NCBI GenBank assembly: GCA_047285305.1
Contig: JBJBDL010000003.1
Location: 1,728,001 to 1,792,000 of the forward strand
DNA from: Synechococcus sp.
GTDB taxonomy: Bacteria; Cyanobacteriota; Cyanobacteriia; PCC-6307; Cyanobiaceae
Direction of reading: 5' to 3'
DNA: 64,000 bases
This document shows positions 18,803-29,189 of the stretch, one piece after another (within the stretch, counting starts at the first letter, position 1; each line of letters begins with the position of its first letter). The notes under the pieces were generated by a model that worked only from the letters and a program-made list of their open reading frames with translations, ran no database searches and was not told the DNA's origin. A program made the translations under genes and the position numbers.

Positions 18803-19222
18803 TCAGAAGAATTCGTCGAAGTTATCGAAATCAACCGCTTTGAACTTGCCCGCTTCCACCTGCTGCATAAGGCGCTCCAGCTGAGAGAACAAGGCACCAC
18901 CGGTCAGCAGCGAGAGCAGCAGGGCCACCAGCAAGGCAGCGCCTGAGGCAAACCCGAAGATCTGTAGGCAGCAGCCGATAAACAGGGTCACCCCGATGAG
19001 GGTGCCGGCGTAGCTGAGGTTGATCTCGGCAGTCCCCAGGGGCATCAGGGGTAGCCGGTCCTGCTTCCAGCCATCCAATTTGTTCTGCACCTGACGGCCG
19101 AAGGTGAGGCCGCAGAGGACACCCATCAACAAACCGATGCCCGCCAGCAGGTAGGGGGGCTGGGGCAGGGTCATCATCTGGAGCAGCTGCTCAAGCTCCT
19201 GGGCGCTGATCTCCTCAGGCAT
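18803..19222 (-). CDS. Conserved cyanobacterial membrane protein
   Basis: Three TM segments, PPYLL...CGLTF motif, acidic C-terminus. Confidence 0.7.
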   Translation of the reverse strand: MPEEISAQELEQLLQMMTLPQPPYLLAGIGLLMGVLCGLTFGRQVQNKLDGWKQDRLPLMPLGTAEINLSYAGTLIGVTLFIGCCLQIFGFASGAALLVALLLSLLTGGALFSQLERLMQQVEAGKFKAVDFDNFDEFF

Positions 19223-19293
19223 CGACGCCAATATCAAAGAGCAGAGACCTTAGCGGTGGGGTCGGCAATCTTGCTGGAGTCGTGATCTCGGGA

Positions 19294-20943
19294 TCACGCT
19301 GCGGCCAACGGGTTGAGACGCTGCAACAGCCCGCCGGCCAGACGCCCAGGGCCGAAGGTGCGTCCGAGCAGGCCGACCAGGGCACGCACGTCATCGGTGT
19401 GCAGACGATCGTCACGGATCAGCGTCATCAGCAGACGTTTGCGCAGATCAGCACCGTCTCGGCTGAGCAGCAGCCGCAGGCCTGCTCCGGCCACAGGGAT
19501 CAGTTCCTTGCCCGGAGCGGGAGCATCCTGACCCACAACATCCAGCAAACTTTCCAGCCGATCCAGGCGCAGGCGACCTGATTCATCAAAGATCACCTCC
19601 AGCAGCTTCTCGCGCATCTCGCTGGTGTCTCCCGCCAACAGACGACGGGCCACGTACGGATAGGCCACAGCGATGATCCGGAAGTTCGGATCCAGCCGTA
19701 AGGCAAGACCTTCCTGGCTGACGACGGCCCGGATGATCAAGGCGAAGCGCGCCGGCACCCGGAAGGGGTAATCGAACATCAGCTCCGAAAAGCGGTCGGT
19801 GATCGCCTTGAAGTTGAACGATCCAACCGAGTCGCCAAGGCTGCCGCCGAGCACCTCTTCAAGGGCAGGAATAATCGGTGTGAGATCGGCCGTGGGGCTG
19901 AGAAACCCGAGGGATTGGAAGTCCTTGGCCAACCCGGAGAAATCACGGTTGATCAGGTGGACCACAGCACCGGTGAGGGTGAGCCGGTCGCTGTCGCTGA
20001 TGGAATCCATCATCCCGAAGTCGACGTACCCCACATGACCGAGATCGCCGGTGCGACCCGGCAGGGCGAAGAGGTTGCCGGGGTGGGGGTCGGCGTGGAA
20101 ATAGCCGAACTCCAGGAGTTGCTGCAGGCCGCAGATCACGCCGGTGCGAATCAACGCCGTTGGGTCAAGACGCTGGGAACGCAGCTCTTCGCTGTCGCGC
20201 ATCTTGGCGCCATCGATCCATGTGGTGGTCAGCACCCGAGTGGAGCTGAGCATCCGCTCCACCTTGGGGATGTAGACCGCGTCGTTGTCCGCGAAAAGCG
20301 CCGAAAACCGCTCGGCATTGGCCGCTTCCAGGCCGTAATCGATCTCCTCGAACAGGCTGCGGCCGAACTCATCAATGATTCCGCCCAGCCCGAAACCGAG
20401 GTTGAGCGGCAGCAGCGGCGCCGTCATCACCCCCAAAGCCCGGATCAACACCAGATCCCGCCGCAGGATGAAGGTGAGATTGGGCCGCTGCACCTTCACC
20501 GCAACCCAATGCTGGCCCTGCAGACGGGCCTTGTACACCTGGCCCAGGCTGGCAGCGGCGATCGGCGTGTCGGGGAACTCCTCAAACAATTCCTCGGCCG
20601 GCGCACCGAGTTCCTCACGGATGCAAACCAGCGCGGTGGCATGGGAAAAGGCCGGCAGATCGTCCTGCAGGCGCGTTAGTTCCTCCAGCCAGTCCCGACG
20701 CACCAGATCAGGTCGGGTGGAGAGTGCCTGACCCAGCTTGATGAAGCAGGGCCCCAGACCCGTCAGGGTGTTGAGAATGCGACGCGCCAGCCCCTGCTGA
20801 ACGGCGGGGTCATTGCTGCCTCCACGCAGCAGCAGCACCAGCACCAGCCCCGCCAAGGACCACAGCACCTGAACCAGGCGCGGAATGGCGACCCAGGGAC
20901 GCAGCAGCAGCCAGCCGAGATCCCGCCCAGGGTCGTAACGCAT
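19294..20943 (-). CDS. ABC1/AarF/UbiB atypical kinase
   Basis: LGPCFIKLGQALSTRPDL, AAASLGQVY, VAVKVQRP, FHADPHPGN and DFGMM motifs. Confidence 0.93.
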   Translation of the reverse strand: MRYDPGRDLGWLLLRPWVAIPRLVQVLWSLAGLVLVLLLRGGSNDPAVQQGLARRILNTLTGLGPCFIKLGQALSTRPDLVRRDWLEELTRLQDDLPAFSHATALVCIREELGAPAEELFEEFPDTPIAAASLGQVYKARLQGQHWVAVKVQRPNLTFILRRDLVLIRALGVMTAPLLPLNLGFGLGGIIDEFGRSLFEEIDYGLEAANAERFSALFADNDAVYIPKVERMLSSTRVLTTTWIDGAKMRDSEELRSQRLDPTALIRTGVICGLQQLLEFGYFHADPHPGNLFALPGRTGDLGHVGYVDFGMMDSISDSDRLTLTGAVVHLINRDFSGLAKDFQSLGFLSPTADLTPIIPALEEVLGGSLGDSVGSFNFKAITDRFSELMFDYPFRVPARFALIIRAVVSQEGLALRLDPNFRIIAVAYPYVARRLLAGDTSEMREKLLEVIFDESGRLRLDRLESLLDVVGQDAPAPGKELIPVAGAGLRLLLSRDGADLRKRLLMTLIRDDRLHTDDVRALVGLLGRTFGPGRLAGGLLQRLNPLAAA

Positions 20944-20993
20944 CGCATCGCGCTGAGTACAGAGAGAGACTTTAAGAAGATCAGGGGGATTTG

Positions 20994-22397
20994 ATGGCGC
21001 TTCTACCCCAGCTCACCCGTCGCCTCGGTCAGCCCCTGTTTCTGCCGGCCCACGGACGGGGGGCTGCCCTTCCGGATGGACTGCGTCAATTGCTGCGACG
21101 CCGCGCCGGCGTCTGGGACCTGCCGGAACTGCCAGCCCTTGGCGGTCCGCTGGAGGCGGACGGCGCCATCGCGGACAGCCAACGCTCCGCCGCGGCAGAG
21201 ATGGGGGTGGCGCGCTGCTGGTTTGGGGTGAACGGGGCCACGGGGTTGCTGCAGGCCGCACTGCTGTCCATGGTCCGGCCCGGAGAGCGGGTGCTGCTGC
21301 CACGCAACGTGCATCGCAGCCTGATTCAGGCCTGCGTTCTTGGGGACCTGCGGCCGGTGCTGTTCGATCTCCCCTTTCAAAGCGACCGGGGCCAGCCGGC
21401 ACCGGTGGATTCGGCCTGGATCGAAAGGGTTCTTCAAACCCTGCCCCGCGATGGAGCACCCATCCGTGCTGCGGTTCTGGTGCATCCCACCTACCAGGGC
21501 TATGCCAATGACCCAACGGCGGTGATTCAGCGGCTGCAGCAACAGGGCTGTTGCGTGCTGGTTGATGAAGCCCACGGCTGTCATTTCGCCGCTGGGGTGG
21601 AGCATCCCCTCCCCCCCAGCGCCCTGCACTGCGGCGCCGATCTGGTGGTGCATTCCCTGCAGAAGTCGGCTGCAGCACTGGCGCAAACGGCAGTGCTCTG
21701 GCTGCAAGGGGAGCGTCTGGATCCCATGCGCGTGGAACGCAGCCTGGGCCTGCTGCAAACCACCAGCCCCAGTGCGCTGCTGCTTGCCTCCTGCGAAGAA
21801 GCCCTTCAACACTGGCAACGACGCAAGGGACGCCGTCAGTTGCTGCAGCGTCTGCAGGAGGCTGTAGCGCTCGCCGATGGCCTGCGCCACAGCGGCGTGC
21901 CTCTGCTGAGCAACCAGGATCCGCTGCGCCTGATCCTGCACACGGGGCAGGCGGGCATCACAGGCCTGGATGCCGACGATTGGTTCCTCCCCCGCGGGTT
22001 GGTGGGCGAATTGCCGGAACCAGCCAGCCTCACCCTTTGCCTGGGGCTGGCACGCCACAGAGGGCTGGGGCGACAGATGCGAGACCACTGGCAGAACCTG
22101 CTGCGGCACTTCCCCGATCGCGCTCCCTTACCGGCGTTCGAAGCCCCACCGCTTCCGCTGGTCACCTCCACAGCCCAGTCCCCGACCCAGGCCTGGACGG
22201 CGGAGCATCAGCATGTGGCATTGAAGGATGCAGAGGGGTGCATTGCGGCGGAATTGCTCTGCCCCTACCCACCGGGCATACCCTTGCTGATTCCCGGCGA
22301 ACGCCTCGATCGCCAGCGGCAGCTCTGGCTTGAGCGCCAGCAGCTGTTCTGGGGAGACCAGATTCCAGATGGACTTGCTGTGATGAGAGGGGGTTGA
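20994..22397 (+). CDS. Orn/Lys/Arg decarboxylase family PLP enzyme
   Basis: VNGAT, RNVHRS, PTYQG, DEAHG, HSLQKS, TTSPS and PYPPGIP motifs. Confidence 0.9.
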   Translation: MALLPQLTRRLGQPLFLPAHGRGAALPDGLRQLLRRRAGVWDLPELPALGGPLEADGAIADSQRSAAAEMGVARCWFGVNGATGLLQAALLSMVRPGERVLLPRNVHRSLIQACVLGDLRPVLFDLPFQSDRGQPAPVDSAWIERVLQTLPRDGAPIRAAVLVHPTYQGYANDPTAVIQRLQQQGCCVLVDEAHGCHFAAGVEHPLPPSALHCGADLVVHSLQKSAAALAQTAVLWLQGERLDPMRVERSLGLLQTTSPSALLLASCEEALQHWQRRKGRRQLLQRLQEAVALADGLRHSGVPLLSNQDPLRLILHTGQAGITGLDADDWFLPRGLVGELPEPASLTLCLGLARHRGLGRQMRDHWQNLLRHFPDRAPLPAFEAPPLPLVTSTAQSPTQAWTAEHQHVALKDAEGCIAAELLCPYPPGIPLLIPGERLDRQRQLWLERQQLFWGDQIPDGLAVMRGG

Positions 22398-22480
22398 TCT
22401 GAGACGGCAGAGGTGCCCTCAAGCCTCGAGATCACGATCAACAGCGATTGATAGTGTGAATCAGGACGCCTCCAATCAGC

Positions 22481-23347
22481 GTGATCCATGAGGGTGTCCT
22501 CGATCAGAGCCAAGCACCAGCGGCCCGAGCAGTCCTGCGCAAGCGGTTGATCAGTGGCTTGTGTGTGGGCGGCTTTGGCCTACTTGTCGTGAGCCTGGGG
22601 GGCTGGTGGTTCACAGCCGCGCTGGGCGGAATGGTGCACCTTGGCCTGCTGGAGTTCTTCCGGATGGCGCAATTCAAGGGAATTCGCCCCGCCACCAAAA
22701 CCACCCTGGTGGCCTGTCAACTGCTGCTGTTCACCACCCAGTGGGCGATTCAGGGCGGGCTACCGGCTGATGTGGCCCATGCTGTTCTGCCCCTCTCTGG
22801 AGCCGCCATCTGCGGTTGGCTGCTGCTGCAACCGGTTACGGGTTCCATTGCCGACATTGCGGCATCAATTTTCGGGTTGTTCTACCTCGGGTTTTTGCCC
22901 AGCCACTGGCTGAGTCTGCGCGGTTTGGACAACGGTCTGGAGATCACGCTGTCGGCCTGCCTGATGATCGTGGCCACCGATATTGGCTCCTGGGCCGTGG
23001 GACGGCGCTACGGGCGAAGGCCCCTCTCACCGATCTCCCCCGGGAAAACCATCGAGGGAGCGATCGGGGGATTCATCTCGGCCATGCTGATCGGCCTGAT
23101 CTGCGGCCAAGTGATGGGCTGGGCGCTGCGTGGCCTGCCGGGCCTGCTGCTGGGGGCACTGATCGCTCTGTTCGCCCTTGTAGGAGACCTGACCGAATCG
23201 ATGATGAAACGCGATGCAGGCGTGAAGGACTCCGGTGACGTGCTGCCCGGCCATGGCGGGATCCTGGACCGGATTGACAGCTATCTGTTCACCCCAGCTG
23301 TGGTCTTTTACGCGATCGCTCTGTGCAAACCGCTGTTGGCCCCATAA
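22481..23347 (+). CDS. cdsA: Phosphatidate cytidylyltransferase
   Basis: ISPGKTIEG, GDLTESMMKR and PGHGGILDRIDS motifs. Confidence 0.95.
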   Translation: MIHEGVLDQSQAPAARAVLRKRLISGLCVGGFGLLVVSLGGWWFTAALGGMVHLGLLEFFRMAQFKGIRPATKTTLVACQLLLFTTQWAIQGGLPADVAHAVLPLSGAAICGWLLLQPVTGSIADIAASIFGLFYLGFLPSHWLSLRGLDNGLEITLSACLMIVATDIGSWAVGRRYGRRPLSPISPGKTIEGAIGGFISAMLIGLICGQVMGWALRGLPGLLLGALIALFALVGDLTESMMKRDAGVKDSGDVLPGHGGILDRIDSYLFTPAVVFYAIALCKPLLAP

Positions 23348-23353
23348 GCAGCG

Positions 23354-23974
23354 CTAAGGGGAGACGCTGGCCTCACCTTTAAGAGCGAGCTGGCCACCCG
23401 CCAGCTGCACCTGCTCGATTCGAATGGCGGCGTCCATCGGAAGCAAGGTGCGCGGTTCATCGGAAGTCTCCGGCCGGAAGCACAACGTTCCCTGCTCCGC
23501 ATTGAGGCGGAAGCGACGGCGAACAGGGCCTTGATGGGCAGCGACGGGCACCTGCAACTCGAGCAGATCCACGTCAATGAGTATCGCCCCCAACGGGCTC
23601 AGGCCCATCAGCTGCTCAGCCATCCAGTCTCCGAGCCAACGCCAGGGTTCGGCCAGCAGAGCGCTGTTGAGCTGACGGCCATTGAAGCTCACCTCGCCCT
23701 CCACCTGGAAGGGTTGCTTCAAGGCAAGCATCTGACCGGGACTCAGCAGTTTCATGTCCACCGCAATCGGACCGCTGCGCAACTCAACATGCTGCAAGGG
23801 CAGCCCCTGGAAACAGGCATCCCTCGCCGTGAGGGTCACACCATCCAGACGTCCCCGCAGCAACGACCAGCTGGAGCCATTCAGGGCCAGTTCGAGGCTG
23901 CCGATACTGTCGCATTGGCTGCGAATCCACAGGCGCAGGGCCCCTGCCAGCACATTCAGAACGGGATCAGCCAT
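23354..23974 (-). CDS. DUF2993/LmeA-like protein
   Basis: ALRLWIRSQC...LLRGRLDGV; ATG 23974 overlaps the end of the upstream gene. Confidence 0.7.
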   Translation of the reverse strand: MADPVLNVLAGALRLWIRSQCDSIGSLELALNGSSWSLLRGRLDGVTLTARDACFQGLPLQHVELRSGPIAVDMKLLSPGQMLALKQPFQVEGEVSFNGRQLNSALLAEPWRWLGDWMAEQLMGLSPLGAILIDVDLLELQVPVAAHQGPVRRRFRLNAEQGTLCFRPETSDEPRTLLPMDAAIRIEQVQLAGGQLALKGEASVSP

Positions 23975-24833
23975 TGGGCAACAGCGCCTGACACCGCTCA
24001 GCCACCTTGCGGGGCTGATCGATATGGGGGAGGTGGCCGCAGGAGGGGAAGGTCTCCACGGGCTGATCCAGCAAGGCCTGAAGCGCCTGCTTCTGCGGAG
24101 CACGCAGAATCCGATCGTTATCACCCCAGATCACGTGCAGTGATTGAGAGGGGAGGGGAGCCCCACATCCAGCGAAACCACCGCTGCGGGCGAAGGCTGC
24201 CAAGGCCTCCGCCCAGCCGGGGCATTGCAGGTGCAACGAGGCGATTTGCTCTTCCGGAGCACCCACATCCATATCGGGATCAGCGAATGCCTGGCGACAC
24301 AGCCCCCGCCGCACGCCAGGACGCCCAAGGAACCAGGCACCAAAACGATCCAACAAGGGCGGAACAGGCATCGGACGCCCGGTGAGACCTGCTGGAGCCA
24401 GCAGCAGCAGAGAAGCCACACGCTCGGGATGACGCCGGGCCAGCTCCACGGCCACAGACCCTCCCATTGAGGCCCCGATCAGGCCCAATGGAGCGTCCGT
24501 GGGAAGCCTCTCCAGAAGGGCATCGAGATGCCGCAACACAGCCTCTGGCCCGTAGGTCAGACCCAGGGGACGAGGCGAAAAACCAAAACCGAACAGGTCA
24601 GGGATGAACAGTTGGAAGCTATCGGCCAAGAGGGGAGCCAGGCGCCGATATTCGAGAAAACTGCTGTCGAAACCATGTAGCAACAACAACGGAGAACCCT
24701 GGCCGAGCACCGCCACCGGGAACGGATCATCTACACCCAGACCCGGCAACGTCCACCACTGCGCTTCAGCGGCCAGGGACTCGGCCTGCGGGTCAAGCAG
24801 AGCCGGCCGTAATTGATCCAGAAGCGTCTTCAA
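23967..24833 (-). CDS. Alpha/beta-fold hydrolase
   Basis: LHGFDSS, PDLFGFG, GASMGG nucleophile elbow and GHLPH; TTG start overlaps the gldA stop. Confidence 0.9.
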   Translation of the reverse strand: MKTLLDQLRPALLDPQAESLAAEAQWWTLPGLGVDDPFPVAVLGQGSPLLLLHGFDSSFLEYRRLAPLLADSFQLFIPDLFGFGFSPRPLGLTYGPEAVLRHLDALLERLPTDAPLGLIGASMGGSVAVELARRHPERVASLLLLAPAGLTGRPMPVPPLLDRFGAWFLGRPGVRRGLCRQAFADPDMDVGAPEEQIASLHLQCPGWAEALAAFARSGGFAGCGAPLPSQSLHVIWGDNDRILRAPQKQALQALLDQPVETFPSCGHLPHIDQPRKVAERCQALLPNG

Positions 24834-25930
24834 AGGTTGATGGGGCTGAGTTCGGCAGCTCCCACAAGGGCCTCCAGCAAAGCACCAGGCGTCACAGCGA
24901 AGGGCAAATGATGCAGATCGGAACCCTCGCGGCAGGCGAAGCGACACACCTCCTGCAACTCACTGAGACTGGCCTGCGCCAGACCCAGATCGTCAAGGCT
25001 GACGGGCAGACCAAGCTGCCGCAGCAACGGCAACAGCTGGCGGTGTGCCTGGCCTGCAAGCCGGTTGCCGCCCAGACGTTCCTCCAAGCGGAGCTGCACA
25101 AGAATTCCGAAGCCCACCTTCTCGCCATGAAGAACGTGGTGACAGGCCTCCAACTGGGTGAGGCCGTTGTGAACGGCATGGGCCGCAACAGTGCGGCAAC
25201 GGGCACCGCCCAGTCCTCCCATCACCCCAGCGGTGAGGGCACAGGCTTCGGCGGTGCGCACCCAGGCTTCACTCTCTGGATCCTTCAGCGCTGTGAGGCT
25301 GTCGATCAGCAATTGATCCCGCAGCACGCGTGCCATCTGCACGGCCTGCTGCACCAGACCATCACTGCTGTCGCCACTGCTCACTGAGGCTTCGTACCAC
25401 TTGGCCAGGGCATCAGCGACACCACTGGCCAGTGTGCGGGGTGGGGCTTGGCGTACCAGGCCGTGATCGAAGACAAGAAGATCGGGGCAGCGATCGAGGG
25501 CCACATCCCCTTCGAAAGCACCCTGAGGGGAATAGATGTTGGAAAGAGCCGTCCAGCCAGCACAGGTGGAGGCGCTCAGTGGAACGGTGATGCAGGGAAG
25601 GGAAAGGCGATGGGCCAGCAACTTGCCGGCGTCCAGCACTTTTCCGCCCCCGGCGGCCAGAACGGCGTCACATCCCTGGGCTTCAGCAGCCACCCTCTGG
25701 AGATCCAGCTCACAGCAGTCGAACTGAAGCTGAGCCTGGAGGGGTTTGAGCCCCTGAGCCAGGAGATCCGACATCAAACTCTGACGCTGATCAGCAGTGG
25801 AAGCACTGCGACCCAGCACTAGCGGACGTGAGCAGAGAAATTTGATCTGAGGCAAGGCCTCATCCCAGGCTCCATACCCCCGCAAGATGCTGGCGGGGGC
25901 AATGGAGTGGGACGAGATGGATCGACCCAT
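24830..25930 (-). CDS. gldA: Glycerol dehydrogenase-like iron-containing alcohol dehydrogenase
   Basis: GGGKVLDAGK, DALAKWYE, AHAVHNGLT and HGEKV motifs. Confidence 0.85.
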   Translation of the reverse strand: MGRSISSHSIAPASILRGYGAWDEALPQIKFLCSRPLVLGRSASTADQRQSLMSDLLAQGLKPLQAQLQFDCCELDLQRVAAEAQGCDAVLAAGGGKVLDAGKLLAHRLSLPCITVPLSASTCAGWTALSNIYSPQGAFEGDVALDRCPDLLVFDHGLVRQAPPRTLASGVADALAKWYEASVSSGDSSDGLVQQAVQMARVLRDQLLIDSLTALKDPESEAWVRTAEACALTAGVMGGLGGARCRTVAAHAVHNGLTQLEACHHVLHGEKVGFGILVQLRLEERLGGNRLAGQAHRQLLPLLRQLGLPVSLDDLGLAQASLSELQEVCRFACREGSDLHHLPFAVTPGALLEALVGAAELSPINL

Positions 25931-28470
25931 CAGACGCTGGCACCGGCGAGTTGCGGTGCCGTGTCCACCTGACCTTTGTGGCGGACCACCACCTTCTTGT
26001 TCTCATCGACATCGACTTCGGCGTGATCGCCGTCCTTGATCCGACCCGACAGCACCTCTTCGGCGAGCGAATCCTCGAGAAGGCGCATTACGGCCCGACG
26101 CAGCGGACGTGCGCCGTAGGCAGGGTTGTAGCCCTCCTCCACCAAGCGCTCCTTGAACGCATCGGACACGGTAAGGGTGATGCCCTTCTCGCCCATGCGG
26201 CCAAAGACCTCCTTGAGCATGATCTCGGCGATCTGCTTGACCTCGTCGCGGTTGAGCTGACGGAAAACAATGATCTCGTCGAGACGGTTGAGGAATTCAG
26301 GGCGGAAGTACTGCTTGAGCTCCTCATTCACCAGGGAACGGATCCGGGTGTACTGAGAATCCTCAGCGCTCTCACCGGAGAATTCGAAGCCGAGGCCGCC
26401 GCCACCCTTCTCGATCACCTTCGAACCAATGTTCGAGGTCATGATGATCAGGGTGTTCTTGAAGTCGACCGTGCGGCCCTTGGAATCGGTCAGACGACCG
26501 TCTTCCAGGAGCTGCAGCAGCAGGTTGAACACGTCGGGGTGCGCCTTTTCAATTTCGTCAAAGAGCACCACGGTGTAAGGCCGACGACGCACCGCCTCGG
26601 TGAGCTGACCGCCTTCGTTGAAGCCCACATAGCCCGGAGGCGAACCGATCAGCTTGCTGACCGTGTGGCGCTCCATGAATTCCGACATGTCGAGGCGGAT
26701 CATCGCCTCCTCGCTGCCGAAGAAGTAGGTGGCTAGAGCTTTGGTGAGCTCGGTCTTACCCACACCGGTGGGGCCGGAGAAGATGAAGCTGGCGATCGGG
26801 CGGTTCGGGTTCTTCAAGCCGACCCGAGCACGGCGGATGGCCTTGGACACCGCCTTGACGGCTTCGTCCTGACCAATCAGACGCTTGTGAAGCGTTTCCT
26901 CCATGTTGAGCAGCTTGACCGATTCACTCTCGGTGAGCTTCTGCACCGGAACACCGGTCCAGGAGGCAACGATCTGGGCGATGTCCTCTTCGTTCACCAT
27001 CGGTGAGCTGTCTGGAGCAGGCGCTTCATTTACAGCTGTTTCACCGGATTCAGAGGTTGCGTCAGCCTTGACCTCGTCCTTGTTGGCCTGAAGCAGAGAA
27101 CGGATCTGCTCCCGCAGTTCCACTTCCTTCTCGCGCAGTTCACCGGCCTTGGTGAAGTCCTGATCGCGGACGGCATCCTCCTTTTCCTTCTGGACGGAAC
27201 GCAGTTCCTTGTCCACTTCCTTAGCTGCAGGGGGCAGCTTGGAATTGAGCAAACGCACGCGGGAACCGGCTTCATCGATCAGGTCGATGGCCTTGTCGGG
27301 CAGGAAGCGATCCGAGATATAGCGATCGCCGAGAGTGGCGGCCGCCACAAGGGCGTCGTCGGTGATCTTGAGGCGGTGGTGCTGTTCGTAACGCTCGCGC
27401 AGGCCCCGAAGAATTTCGATGGTGTCGTCGATGGACGGCTCACCCACATTCACCGGCTGGAAACGGCGCTCCAGGGCGGCATCCCGTTCGATGTGCTTGC
27501 GGTACTCGTCCAAGGTGGTGGCACCGATGCACTGCAGCTCACCGCGGGCGAGGGCAGGCTTGAGGATATTGGCGGCGTCAATCGCCCCCTCTGCAGCTCC
27601 GGCACCGATCAGGGTGTGGACCTCGTCGATCACGAGGATCACGTTTCCGGCAGCCTTGATCTCCTCCATGATCTTCTTGAGGCGCTCTTCGAACTCACCT
27701 CGGTACTTGGTGCCGGCCACCAACAAACCGATATCTAGGGTCAGAACGCGCTTGTCTTCAAGGATGTCGGGAATGTCGCCCTGCTGAATGCGCTGGGCAA
27801 GGTCCTCAGCGATGGCTGTCTTACCGACACCGGGCTCGCCGATCAACACAGGGTTGTTCTTGGTACGGCGGCCCAGGATCTGGATGACGCGGTCGATTTC
27901 GTTGTGACGCCCCACCACCGGGTCGAGCTTCGCTTCTGTGGCGAGCTGGGTGAGGTTGTTACCGAACTCGTCGAGGGTGGGAGTTTTGGTGGATCCCTTG
28001 GCACCACCGCCACCGCCACCGGCGGAGACCTCAGCGGTCTCACCCAGCATGCGGATCACTTGCGTGCGCACCTTGGCCAGATCGACACCGAGGTTCTCCA
28101 GCACGCGGGCAGCAACACCTTCACCCTCACGGATCAGACCGAGCAGCAGGTGTTCTGTGCCGATGTAGTTGTGACCAAGCTGGCGGGCCTCTTCCAGAGA
28201 CAGCTCAAGAACACGCTTTGCACGGGGAGTAAAGGGGATCTCAACTGCGACAAAGCCTGATCCACGGCCGATGATTTTCTCAACTTCAACCCGGGCATCC
28301 TTGAGGTTGACCCCCATGGACTTGAGGACCTTGGCGGCAACCCCCGTTCCCTCGCCGATCAGGCCGAGGAGGATTTGTTCGGTACCAACGAAGTTGTGAC
28401 CAAGTCTGCGAGCCTCTTCCTGGGCCAGCATGATCACCTTGATGGCCTTCTCGGTGAAGCGTTCAAACAT
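25930..28470 (-). CDS. clpC: ATP-dependent Clp protease ATP-binding subunit ClpC
   Basis: [31 protein letters not shown], two AAA+ modules and a UVR-type middle domain. Confidence 0.98.
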   Translation of the reverse strand: MFERFTEKAIKVIMLAQEEARRLGHNFVGTEQILLGLIGEGTGVAAKVLKSMGVNLKDARVEVEKIIGRGSGFVAVEIPFTPRAKRVLELSLEEARQLGHNYIGTEHLLLGLIREGEGVAARVLENLGVDLAKVRTQVIRMLGETAEVSAGGGGGGAKGSTKTPTLDEFGNNLTQLATEAKLDPVVGRHNEIDRVIQILGRRTKNNPVLIGEPGVGKTAIAEDLAQRIQQGDIPDILEDKRVLTLDIGLLVAGTKYRGEFEERLKKIMEEIKAAGNVILVIDEVHTLIGAGAAEGAIDAANILKPALARGELQCIGATTLDEYRKHIERDAALERRFQPVNVGEPSIDDTIEILRGLRERYEQHHRLKITDDALVAAATLGDRYISDRFLPDKAIDLIDEAGSRVRLLNSKLPPAAKEVDKELRSVQKEKEDAVRDQDFTKAGELREKEVELREQIRSLLQANKDEVKADATSESGETAVNEAPAPDSSPMVNEEDIAQIVASWTGVPVQKLTESESVKLLNMEETLHKRLIGQDEAVKAVSKAIRRARVGLKNPNRPIASFIFSGPTGVGKTELTKALATYFFGSEEAMIRLDMSEFMERHTVSKLIGSPPGYVGFNEGGQLTEAVRRRPYTVVLFDEIEKAHPDVFNLLLQLLEDGRLTDSKGRTVDFKNTLIIMTSNIGSKVIEKGGGGLGFEFSGESAEDSQYTRIRSLVNEELKQYFRPEFLNRLDEIIVFRQLNRDEVKQIAEIMLKEVFGRMGEKGITLTVSDAFKERLVEEGYNPAYGARPLRRAVMRLLEDSLAEEVLSGRIKDGDHAEVDVDENKKVVVRHKGQVDTAPQLAGASV

Positions 28471-28646
28471 CGCTGGGCCAGTGCAGTGATGTGACCAAGC
28501 TATCAGGGTTGTGGGACCGCTGCGAGTGTTCGGTTAGTTCGGTCACTTTCCAGTCTGAGACTGGCCTGAAGCGCACAAAAAATAACAATGAATCCAACAA
28601 GATTCACCGTTTTTTTTGTCTCCCAGGGACGGGAAACCGAACAACT

Positions 28647-29189
28647 TCAAGCCGCCGACGTGGGCGACGGCGCTGACGGGATGCGACACCACTGAATGAG
28701 GGCGTCGCGACCATCGGAGTAGTACCCGGAACGGGTGCCTGCGGTGCGAAAACCGGCTTTGGCATAAAGCGCCAGAGCGGGAACGTTGTCGCTGGCCACC
28801 TCGAGAGTGGCGTGCACGGCACCGTGCTGTCGTGCCCGTTGCAACAGTGCTTTCAAAAGCACACCTCCATGGCCGCTGCGACGCCTGTCGGGATCCACAG
28901 CCACCGCAGTGATGTGCAGTTCATCGGCCACCATCCAGCCGCAGGCCACCCCCAACAAGGCATCGGCCTGCAAAAGACCAATGCAGAGGCGCCGGGGGTC
29001 ATCCAGCTCACGCCGCCATTGCTCTGCGGTCCAGAGGCCGTTGAGCGCCCGTTGATCCAGTGCCAGACAGGCTTGCTGCCAGGACGGGTCAAGACGCAAG
29101 ATCTGCGCTGTCGGTCCGCCCTCTGCAGGGTCGATTCCTAGATTGCCCTTTGACGCCGCCACTCCGTGACCCAAACCATCACCAGTCAA
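28647..29189 (-). CDS. rimI: GNAT N-acetyltransferase, RimI-like
   Basis: ELHITAVAVDP, TLEVASDN and R.GYYSDG motifs; true start probably downstream of 29189. Confidence 0.8.
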   Translation of the reverse strand: MTGDGLGHGVAASKGNLGIDPAEGGPTAQILRLDPSWQQACLALDQRALNGLWTAEQWRRELDDPRRLCIGLLQADALLGVACGWMVADELHITAVAVDPDRRRSGHGGVLLKALLQRARQHGAVHATLEVASDNVPALALYAKAGFRTAGTRSGYYSDGRDALIQWCRIPSAPSPTSAA

